From Octopus bimaculoides (taxonomy: Eukaryota), in the NCBI RefSeq assembly GCF_001194135.2, contig NC_068986.1:70609288-70673287 (forward strand): a DNA stretch of 64,000 nt, written 5' to 3'. Position 1 is the stretch's first letter, and every line of letters begins with the position of its first letter. Of the stretch, positions 39,401 through 51,129 are shown in pieces. Made by a program: the position numbers and the translations under genes. The notes beneath the pieces were generated by a model. The model was not told where the DNA came from. It did no database searches and saw only the letters and a list, made by a program, of their open reading frames with translations.

Positions 39401-42400
39401 TGCTTTTATTTTTTTTGTTAATAACTTAATTACAATATTGTTAAATTTCATAATGCATTATCTTATAACCTCATAACACTTTCTTTTATTATCAATATAG
39501 TCTTTCATTAAAATTTAAATACAAAACATGTAAGGTAATTAAACTATGCAATATTTCAGATTAAAATTCAAGAATTTGACCTAACATTTAAATACACTGA
39601 GAGTCAATCTATCGTAAAAATAAAATCTCGCAAAATGATGTTTAGGTTATGACACCAACTACCAAAATATGATAGATTAGCACAACGACTGCTACACTTA
39701 ACTGCAACTTGAGTTTTGTAATATTAGTCGAAACTAATTTAGCATCAAATGATATCAGATTTTTTTCTTAACAATTATAAGAATTTAAGGAATAAGCATT
39801 TCTCGTGTACACATTAATTTATACAATTTTTCTTTCACAGATATCTATGAAATGCAGCCTCCCTATCACTTAATTACAATTTCAAAACTTTTACCTTGTG
39901 TGTATTTATCAAAGTTACTTTTAAGAACATTTAAAAAACAGTACATACTAAATTTAAACAAGAATGTAATATTATTACATGCAGAAATTGAAGACAATGA
40001 CAAAAAGTGGCAAAGTTGCCATGACATACTGAAAACCATGGGACCAATGGCAGACAGACGCTTGGAAGCCATGATCAGGGCGGTGGGATTGGCGGCTCCA
40101 CCACCTCATGGACAGATGAATATGTTCACAATGGACATGGTCACATGGTAATGGTCAGGTAAGCATGGTCAGGAATTGGAACTGGCAAGGGAGACCATGG
40201 GAACATGGTTAATACCAAAGGCGAAACAGGCCTGGCTATCGGATCATGCTCGGTCTCAAACCGGATCAGGCTTTTCTGCGGCATTTGGCTAGTCTGCTAG
40301 TTTACCACAAATGAAATGTATTAAATGCACATGCAAAAACTATTTTAAAAACAACCTTAAAACAGTCACTAGAATTACAATATGTTTATAACATCAAATT
40401 GTAAGAAGAGGCGGGCACAAATGAGGAAATAATGTACTAGTTTACTAATAAAAATTTATTAAAAACAAATAAAAAGGAAATCAAGACATTTTTACTTTTA
40501 AAAATGTCATTATTAGATATTGCTTTAATCTTATATTCTTTCAACTAATTCATTATGCTAAAGATGCAATTAAAATCAATGTAATTGAACTCATTATGAT
40601 TGAAAATTTTCAAAAATGGTTTAATGTGAAAACTAACAATATTTTTATCTTAGATATTATTTTTATCTTACATATTTATGAAAGGGTGGTTTGAACTTAA
40701 AATCATAATTTCATCATCATTAAAAACTTATAAATATGTATATTATATAAAAATAAAAAGAAATAAACATAAAACAAATGATAAAGTTCATTTTAACTGC
40801 AATAACAGTCTGTTACTAATATATCATAGTTCAAGAGAGTACAATCTAAAATTATTTTTCTTTTAAAAAGTTTAATACTATATTAATAAGTAAACAACTA
40901 TCTTGTAAAAAGGTAGTCAAACCTAAGAAGCATAGTACAACAATGAAACAAGAAATTAGAGATGGCTTTCTTTCAAGAAAATCATTCTAAAATTTTTACA
41001 CCTGAAAATAAAAAATATTTCATTAAAATAGTCCTACAAGAACATAATTTGGGCTAGTGACTAAATCTGTCTACAGTATTTATTAAATTGAAATGAATTT
41101 GTGAAATTATTACACAAATGAAAACAATATCTACAAATTATTAAAAGCTGAAGTACAACTTTATTTTTTCATTAGTGAAACTATATTAAAATTAACCCAC
41201 AGAATATCAAGTTAGCTGGTTACCATTCTGCACCATTTAGTTTACAAATAGATAGAAGTTGTATCTCACACTTAATGTTTTCTTTTTTGCTTTGTTTTGG
41301 GTTGTCTTTACCTTCCCTCTGGAGTTGGCAGGTAAAATGAAAAAGCAGAAACTTCAGATTTATGTGCCCTAATTACCTTGCTAAATGCCATCCAGACTAC
41401 ACAACAGACCCTGCTTCACAACACTATCTAACAGAAATAGTCTGTGAGAGAATAAAGATTATACTATAATTAAATCAGAGGTGAAAAGCAGCACCCATGA
41501 CCCTTTTCAGGGCAGATGAGATTTGTAAGAGGAGGTTAGTCTCAGACCAGAGAGCTGGCCTATAATTAACCAATAGTTACTGTAATTATCCACTTCTAAT
41601 AAATGAATAGATCTTTGACAGGTATACAATATAAATTCCATAGAACTTTCAATAAATGGAGAGTAATCATTAATAGCTTGTAAATAATTATTTGCTATTT
41701 TTGTACAATTTCTGACCCAAGCTAATGAAAACTTGTCTTCATAGAAAACTTGTCTGATATAAAATCAAACAATTGGGGAAAATAATGTAATATTCTATTA
41801 AGATCCAAAATTATATATAGGAGTGTAAAGGTAGGGTTTAATATCTAAAATTTTACCATTAAACATTATTGTAAATAACCATAATGCTTCCTTTCATAAA
41901 ATACTAAAATTCTTTCAATGCACAGAGTTAAACAGCCAGCTGCTATAGTTATTTTCTTAAAAACTCCACACCAAATTAGTATTACTATAATTGGTTTTTA
42001 TAATTATATCATTAAGTTGTCAATTTTCCACAAGGACTTTTACTTAAAGATTACAAGTTAAATTCCATTATTTGTTTCCAGTTTAAGCTGTTTCACATAA
42101 ATATGAGAAATCTTTCTGGCTAATCATTTTCTTAGCAAAAGAGCAATTTTGTCTTCCATTTTACATTGATAGTTTCATGTAAAAAGTTCCCTGTAAGTAT
42201 GTTATATTCTAAATTATTCTTAAAGTAGATTTTTAAAAACTGATTTTTGAAACCAACAGTTCAGCTATGAAGTTGCAGGGGCAGACTGAAAAGCAAGTCA
42301 GGTAGTTTGTCTGTGCAAGTAGAAACGTTTAACTTCTATACTTAAATAAATAACATAGGATATATATTTTTTTTCCTCAATAAATAGTAAATAAACAGAT

Positions 42401-45400
42401 TTATTACAAAAATTTTATTTCAAGGACACATTTAAAATTTTTTTTTTTTGATTAAATCTTAAAAGACGGATTTTTTTATTTCCATTTTTCTTTTCAAAAC
42501 TTACATATTTATTTGGGTATCAATGGTTTCAAAATTATAATCTACAAAATCCTCTGAGACTAAAAAGTGGATAATATCAGTTATATTTTTCAGTAAATAT
42601 TGTACAAAATTTAGATCTTCACAGATAATCATTCACATATATTTATATGTATATGTATTTGCATGTGCATTTGTAGATAACTATAAAAATTAAATCCAAA
42701 GTAGTTTCATGTAGACATCCACACAGACTCTAGCAATATTAAATGGATGTGAAGCAGAGATATAGAAAGACCTGGTAGATAGGTGCTGGTCATGTGATGT
42801 ATGACAAGCTAGATGCATTGTTGGCAACACAGCCAAACTTTTGGTTGATCAGTTATGATATCCATTAGAGCCAGAAAGGAAGACATTGGATCTAATCTTC
42901 AATTTAGGTTTACAAAATTTCTCCACCAAACATATATATATAATCATTTTGAAAACATCTATGACCTAGTTTACTGAATACAAAACAACCAAGCAAGAGG
43001 CTGGTGCTTTATATGTTACTGGTGCTGTGTTGTTTCCATGGTCAATGCACTTCAACTCACAATGTCAGAGCACACCTAGCTCTAAAGAGGTCCTGAAGAG
43101 TTGTGTACTTCATCACTACAAGAAGCAGCTCCACTGAAAAATTAACAAATGATTCATTGACTTGCAGTTTTGAATTTAATTCTTCCACAGGAAAAGTTAC
43201 CTGCAATAAACTGGCATCCTATTTAGTGGGAGGTTTGAACAGATGAGAAATAAGTACCAGACTGGTAACCCACGAAGAAACACATTCATTTCAACATGTT
43301 TTTTTCAATGCTCATATGGTTAAACCAGACATATCTATTTAACATTTGTCACTATAACATTTAGAGTACTTGAACATGCACAAACGAGGCAGAATATGGG
43401 GGTTGTGGCTCTGCAAACATCATATCCTTTATCACATCAATTTAATCTTACCCACTCTCTTTCTCTCACACATACCTTCCCAATAATTATATGCACAGAA
43501 ATAAATTTGACATGAGCACTATAAGCACCAGCAATAAGAAAACTAGGTGTGGACCAAATTCACAAATTTTCAAAACAATGTGAATTGTTCTTTAGTTATA
43601 ATGGAAATTCCTATTTAAATGCTATCATTCTCTGTAAATCATGCATCAAGCTTATATTATGAAGGTAATATTCATAAATATCAGAGAATTTTGAAGAACA
43701 CACATTTATGTAAAAATATTTCATTATCTTTATTATATATTTCTAAATTTATATAGACTCTGTATACAAATGCATGAGTTCCATATAATTAAACATGCTT
43801 GGTTCATATGTAGTGTGTATGTATTTTACAAAACAACACACTTCTCGAATTTGGAAAGATGATTTAACTTACATCTAAAACAGAATTTGAAGACTGTATA
43901 CATGTTCTTCAACATTACAATAATCATAACCTCATAAAGTCAGATATATCATGAAACAAATATACCAACATCACTTAGAAACTCTTAAAAATATTGCTGA
44001 ATAACACTGTAATTCACTGCTTGATTGAGTCAATTACATTGGTAAATGTTATTTAAAATGTAAATGAACTGTATACTTGAGCTTCACACATCCAGCAATA
44101 TTTATATAATTGACTAATAAAGCCTACAGCACTAATGGGATACACCAAATTCTTATCAAGGGATGAGTTTTAATGCTTGGTTCACACATGAAAGAATCAC
44201 ACCCACCAATAGGGGAGAATTTTTTTGTTAGTGAATAAACTACTAAAATTAAAATGGACTGCAATAATAAATCATTCTCAGTTTTATGAATAAATTATAG
44301 ATATAGTTACATTAGTTGCATATCAGAAAAACTATACACCACTACATTGAGAGAAAGAGTGTATGTTTGTGTGTGTTTGTAGATGTGTGTGTGTGTGTGG
44401 CAACAAATAGGTTTGCTGAAACAGAGTACTGAAATTTCAGATCTGAAGTGCTTCCTCACATACAGTTAATATTTGCTGAAGAAAGAATTTCACATATTAG
44501 TTCTCAAGCTTTTCACTACTTTAGTTGTCATTTCTGAGAGTGAAAAACACCACTGAAGTAGACTATAAATTTACCTACCTCCATGGAATTTGCCAACTCA
44601 ATGAAAACTGCAGCTACATTAGACAGGTGTCCATGCCCTTATATTGATGCCTAATCATTCCCTTGGAGAGTGGAAGAATATATGCGGATTTCTTCAAACA
44701 TAATAGAAATAAGATAGAAAACACTAAACACTACATAAGATAACACAAAAACTACATACTGGTCCCTTATTCTCTAAACATCTCTTAAATCAATTGATTT
44801 TTATCTGGCTCTATCCACAAAAGAGCAACCAGTAGAAGAACTATATTGTAATAATAAAATATATGTTATTATATCAAACTGTGTAAATAAAGCTAAATAT
44901 ATATTTTTTTTAAATAAAAAGTACCATAATCTATCTGATCTTATTCTATAAAAAAAATTTCTACATAATTCAGAGAGTATTAAATTATAACAGTTCTTAA
45001 GAAGTTACATTTCAAACTGACACAAAACAGATTTATTTTCTTGAATATTTTAAGGTTTTGAATATTTATAGCAATTCTTTTTTTCAGATGCAATAAAAAA
45101 AAAAAATGAACCTACGGTGTCAAAATTGCAATAAGCTTTAAACTAACCCTTCTATGCAGGTCATGGACATTGGTGTTGCTGTTTTCGTTGAGCAAGTAGC
45201 CGTTATTGAAATGTTTTCAAACTAAAACAAAAATCTCAGGAGTCAATTAATATTTGATATAAAGAAAGAACTTATTTACATAACCACAATCCAAAATCTT
45301 TAATAATTTTGGGTCATTTTTTTTTCTATTACTTTTCTTTACTTCATTTAAAAGATTAAAGTATTATTAAATAGAATGTAATTAATATTACATTAAAACA

Positions 45401-45481
45401 TTACGTTAAAAAAAAACCTTCAAAACAGTTTTACAAGTAAAACATAAATATTATTCAGTAAGACATTCCTAGAAAACATAC

Positions 45482-45522
45482 CTCGGCATCTCGGCGGTCT
45501 TCATAGTCAACAAAAGCATAAG
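45482..45522 (-). CDS. SRSF7-like: SR splicing factor, RRM RNP1 exon
   Basis: atttcag|CT TAT to GCC GAG|gtatgt; 41 nt; (A)YAFVDYEDRRDAE, matching SR-family (G)FAFVEFEDxRDAE; in frame with 27902 across a 17.6-kb intron. Confidence 0.9.
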
Positions 45523-47320
45523 CTGAAATATAGTACAAAACAAAAAGTAAATTTGTTTCTTAAAAACATCAGAGAGCATAACTGTCCATTGACCAATATT
45601 TATAATTAGAATGACACAATTACGAATATCTCAAAAGTATATTTTGTTGAGGTTTTTTTTATACACAATATAAAAGAGTATACATAAAATACTACTATTC
45701 TTTACACTTATGTGTGTTTGCATTTGAATCCACTTCCATTATATCTAGCTGTTTTTGATAAATTTGACAGAAGAGTGACACTTTTGGAATATATATATAC
45801 ACCTGATTCCAAATTTCTTCATTACCCAAAACATAATTTTGCTATAATGATAATATTTTAAGTGCAACTGACTTCTTCAGCTGATTGACTGAATATCTAT
45901 TTTCCAGGTGGTCACAAAATTTATTATTCTCTTCAGTTGCAGTACAGGCAAAGTTAGCTTTATTCCAGGGCTCAACCAAATAACATGGTCTAAATATTGT
46001 AACCTCACTTTCCTTGTTTTGGCTTCACAAATATTCATATCTGAAAATGTAGCACATTTCTGGCAAACACTATTTACTATTGCAATGGAAACATATTTGG
46101 TGATTCTGCAACATGTTAAATCAGTAATTGGATACAAATTGTTACTCTTCTCTTTATATGTATCATGCCTGCAAATGCCAGCAATTATGGATTTCCATAC
46201 CAAAGTCTGGAGATTCGTGATTTTTCTCAGGTTAGATACAGCAGTGGTTTCCTACTACCCTCTGCTGGCTTATTAACAGTTTACTCTACTAGTCCCCCGC
46301 TCTCGAGATTAGCTATGGGGCACAGGGCCTATTTAACATTTCAGCAGAGAGACTGGTTCATATAAGGGCATGTCCACTCACTAGTGAGCCTGTATAACAC
46401 ATCTAGGGACCAGTACTCTTCTGAGTCCTGTATATCTTAACAAGACCATTCATCTGCTATTTAATTTACAGTTGGGGCCCTTGACAGGCACTGCCACTCA
46501 AGCCAGGGCAGTTTTGAGTATAGTGGTGACCATACACTCCTGAACAGAAGTCTCACCACCAGATGCAGCTTAATGCTTCATCCAGGACATAGAGGTCAGT
46601 ATAGAAAACATGAAAATGATAACTCAAATCTCATATATGCCTAGACAAAATTTTATAGGCAAAATGCAGCAAATATAATAAAGAACATTAGGAACCTGCA
46701 CAGAATTACCAGTTACTGAAGCACAAATGAACCCCTTTGGAAACATCAATGTTTCATGACCTCAGTATTCAAATGTACATAACACTAGAAATATATCAGT
46801 AAATGAGGAAAAACATAAGTCCTTTATACAATAAGACCCCTCCTTAACATTGAACAAAGGACATTTAAGCTATATTACCAAGCAGGAGAAAAACTGATCA
46901 TTAACAAAGAGATGGAAGGATATAAAGGTCAGACATATTCCCAGAAATATGTATCAGGCAAACCCAAAAAATAGAGTGTGATGGTGTGAAAGATTTGTGA
47001 AATGAGCAGTGGAACTGTTATGATTTTAATTTTCATATGAGAATAAAAGACAGTGATGTCAGTTAGCATGGCTTGGGGTGTGATGTAGTCTGGAAATTAT
47101 CACTGTCATAGCATAAATAAAGCCATGTGTTATTTTTTAAGCAGTATTTCAGTTCAGTTAGTTCCACAATAAACTTAGAGCTGTGACAATATACAGAATT
47201 TTTACAATAGTTAAAAATCAAACATGTAAAAGACAATGTATAAAATTTTAAAAAAAAAGCAAAATTAAAAACGTTTATGTTGCAAGATTCCTGATGTGAA
47301 ACCATGTGTTAAAATAGATA

Positions 47321-47697
47321 TTGCTGTATCTCAGGATGGTCATTTTTTTTTTCCCAAATAAACACGCGCACTATATATATGTTCTTCACTCGTTTATTAC
47401 TGTTCTTATTTTAACTCGTGTCCATTGTCCAGAAATCTTTCGTCACACATCTGTGACCTCTTCAGTGACACTTTCTGTCTTCATGTGCGTTCCTGCTCCA
47501 CTTAGTCACTTCTAAGCAGAGTAGGAGCACACATGAGGATGGAAACTGTCGCTGAAGAGGTCACAAATGTGTGATGAAAGATTTCTGGACAATGGACATG
47601 AGTTAAAATAAGAACAGTAATAAACAAGTGAAAAACAAATATGTAGCGCATGTGTTTATTTGGAAAAAAAAAAAATTACCATCCTGAAATACAACAA
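47321..47697. repeat. 377-bp foldback palindrome (MITE-like): arms about 185 bp, loop about 6 nt
   Basis: 47321-47505 is the reverse complement of 47512-47697 with scattered mismatches. Confidence 0.95.
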
Positions 47698-48189
47698 AAT
47701 TAAAAAGAAAAAGTGAAATAATCCTATGACAGAAATGAAATCTCTCACAACTTCACAGAGAGACAAGCAAAATTCATTTTCAATCTATTTCTGCTCAACC
47801 ACATAGAGATGAAAAGGGCAAACTGTTTGCAACTATCAATTACAAAAGCTACTTCTAGATACAGTTATCCTCATCTGTACACATCAAATGTCTGTACCAA
47901 CACAATCTTCTCTCTTGCATACTACATCAGATTCCTCTTATACCCAATTTCTCTCTCAGCACATTGTACTAATGTCTTTCATGCACACTTAGATTTTATA
48001 TTTAAAGCAGCATGCTTGCTTCATTTATTTCTAGTTTTCTCAAGTTCTCCAGGCCCATGTCCAACTATCTAGACTTTTAAATTCTAAGTTTAGCTTCCAT
48101 ATCTGGAATTTCCTCAATAGATTCAGCTATGACAACTATACCATCAGCATGTAGGACTTCCCATAGACAACTAGTTTTAAAATCCTGTT

Positions 48190-51100
48190 TATAGCCTGAA
48201 GGACTATAATGAATAAGAGATGCAAATGATCTTATGGTTTCTAATACTAACTTCAGAAAACCTGCCAGCTACCTATTCACCTACCAATCTGGTGGACACA
48301 CTTGTCAAATTGATTACATCCTCAACAGGAAAAGGGAAAGATGGCTACTTATAAATGCCAAAACCTTCCCAGGTGAAGAATGCACCCCACAACATAGATT
48401 AGTAGTTAGCGACTTCAGGATCAGGGCTAAATGGATGACCAGAAGACGGCCAGCATGGGGAAGAAGGGTCTGGAAGCTTAAGGATCCTGCGAATGGACAG
48501 AGATTTAGAGATGTATTACTCGAAGCTTTTGACAAAATAGAGGGGGATATAACATGATGTGGAAGACAACTGGAGGTTTCTATGGGACAACCTGTTGCAG
48601 GCTACTGACCAGATGTGTAGATGGTGCAAAGTCCCCTCTTGACCCAAGGTAACATGGTGGTGGAACAATGTAGTTGATAGGGCCATTAGGGAAAAGAAAT
48701 AGGCATGGAAGGACTGGAAGAACGGCAGAAGCAGGGAATTGCATCAGATTGCCAGAAGGGAAGCTAGGAGACAGGTTTACTTAGTCAGAGGGAAAGCAGA
48801 TAAGAAAAAATTTGCCAATGTTCTGCGTCATGAGGACCAAAGACTTGAAGTGTTTTGTGTTGCAAGACAATGTGTGAGAGAGAATCGTGATATCACAGAA
48901 AAGAAATGTGTCCACATGGATGATGGCTCACTTGCATTTAATGAGGCTGCAAGGAGACTTGGAGATGCCACAATGAAAGGTTGCTAAATGAAGAGAATGA
49001 ATGGGAGAGAGTCTGCTGAATGTTGACCCAACAGAGGGACCAGCTATCCGAATTGACAGTACCTTGGTAGATAAAGCAATTAAGGGTATGAAGACAGGAA
49101 AAGCCCCCGGCCCATCAGAAATCACCGCAGAAATGCTTAAAATATCTGGCGGTGTTGATTATAGTCTAGTCACCCGTATAGTCAATAAGGTGATACATGG
49201 AGGAGTCATACCCAATGACTGGTGTAGCAGCACCATAATCAACTGCTACAAAGGTAAAGGTGATGCATTAGATACAAATAATTACAGAGGTATCAATTTG
49301 TTAGATCAGGTAATGAAAGTCACAGAGAGGGTCACAGCCCAATTAATTAGGGAGAGAGTCAGTCTAGACGAGATGCAGTTTGGGTTTGTGCCAGGGAAAA
49401 ACACCACTAATGCTATATTTCTGGTAAGACAGCTGCAGGAGAAACCTCTGTGCCTGGCTTTCGTTGACATGGAAAAAGCCTATGACAGGGTCCCCCAATC
49501 CCTTATCTGATGGTCAATGCAGAAACTAGGGATAGATGAGTGGTTAGTGAGAGCTGTACAAGCTATGTACAGGGACACTGTCAGTAAGGTAAGGGTTGGC
49601 AATGAGTACAGTGAAGAATTCCGGGTAGGGGTCCACCAAAGATCAGTCTTCAGCCCCTTCTTATTCATCATAGTCCTCCAGAGAAATTGAAGACAGCATG
49701 CCTCTGGGAGCTTCTCTATGCTGATGACTTTGCTCTAATAGCTGAGTCACTATCAGAACTAGAGAAGTTTCAGATGTGGAAGCAAGGTCTAGAATTGAAG
49801 GGCTTTAGAGTCAATCTAGCAAAAACCAAAGTCTTAGTAAGTAGGAAGGTAGACAAACCACAAATCCCTTCAGGTCGATGGTCCTGCTTGATCTGTAGAA
49901 AAGGTGTAGATAGAAACTCCACAAAATGCACCCAGTGTAAGCTATGGACAACATAAGAGGTGCAGCAATATCAAAGGAGGGTTAATGCTCAGGAGCAGTA
50001 AACACTGAAAATGTGCAGAAAACAACTTCCGTCATATTCCAGGGGGAAAAACTACAAGTAGTTGATAGCTTCCATTACCTAGGTGACCAAGTCAGGAGCG
50101 GGGGTGGTTGCTCTGAGAGTGTAGCTGCTAGAATAAGAATAGCCTGGGCAAAGTTCTGAGAGCTCCTACTTCTGCTGGTGACAAAGGGCCTCTCGCTCAG
50201 AGTAAAAGGTAGACTGTATGATGCATGTGTGTGAACATGCCATGCTATATGGCAGTGAAACATGGGCCATGACTGCTAAGGACATGCGTAAGCTTGCAAG
50301 GAATGAAGCTAGTATGCTCTGCTGGATGTGTAATGTCAGTGTGTATACACAACAGAGTGTAAGCGCCCTGAGAGAAAAGTTGGACATAAGAAGGATCAGA
50401 TGTAGTGTGCAAGAGAGATGACTGTGCTGGTATGGTCATGTGTTGCATACGGATGAGGACAGCTGTTGAAAAAGTGTGAAACCCTAGCAGTAGAGGGAAC
50501 CTGTGGAAAAGGTAGACCAAGGAAGACTTGGGATGAGGTGTTGAGGCATGACCTTCGAACATTGGGCCTCACCAAGGTGATGACAAGTGACCGAGACCTT
50601 TGGAGGTATGCTATGCTTGAGAAGACCCGGCAAGCCAAGTGAGACCATAACCGTGACCTATGCCAGTGTAGCATAACCAGCCCATTTAAGAGTATTCTTC
50701 AATCATTGAGCAATAAACTGCACTTGCGAAGACCGATTGAGGCAAGGAAAGTCGTTGTCGTGGCCAATGACAGTACCGCCTGATTGGCATGTAAAAAGCA
50801 CCATTCAAGCGTGGTCATTGCCAGTGCCGCCTGACTGGCTCCAGTGCTGGTGACACATAAAAAGCACCATTCAAGCGTGGCCAGTACCAGTACCGTCTGA
50901 CTGGCCTTTGTGCTGGTGGCAGTAAAAAGCACCCACTACACTCTCAGAGTGGTTGGCATTAGAAAGAGCATTCAGCTGTAGAAACTCTGCCAGATCAGAT
51001 TGGAGCCTAGTGCAGCCTTCTGGCTTGCCAGCCCTCAGCCAAACCATCCAACTTATGCCAGCATGGAAAGCAGATGTTAAACGATGATAATGATGATGAG
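48190..51100 (+). mobile_element. 5'-truncated RTE-clade LINE (endonuclease end, RT, 3' UTR, (GAT)n tail)
   Basis: QIDYIL...QHRLVVSDF; DEMQFGFVPGK...AFVDMEKAYDRVP; LLYADDFAL; frameshifts and stops; roughly 60-bp tandem units at 50760-50940; tail near 51080-51097. Confidence 0.95.
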
Positions 51101-51129
51101 ATTGAGGACTGAGCCTTGATGGACTCCAA

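Noticed and set aside
39852-40151. 99-aa plus-strand ORF as a protein-coding gene
   Set aside because: No recognisable motif and no partner exons; kept only as part of the antisense-exon candidate.
43065-43116. C/D box snoRNA (GTGATGA...CTGA, minus strand)
   Set aside because: Only 52 nt with a 2-bp terminal stem, and I recognise no rRNA or snRNA complement.
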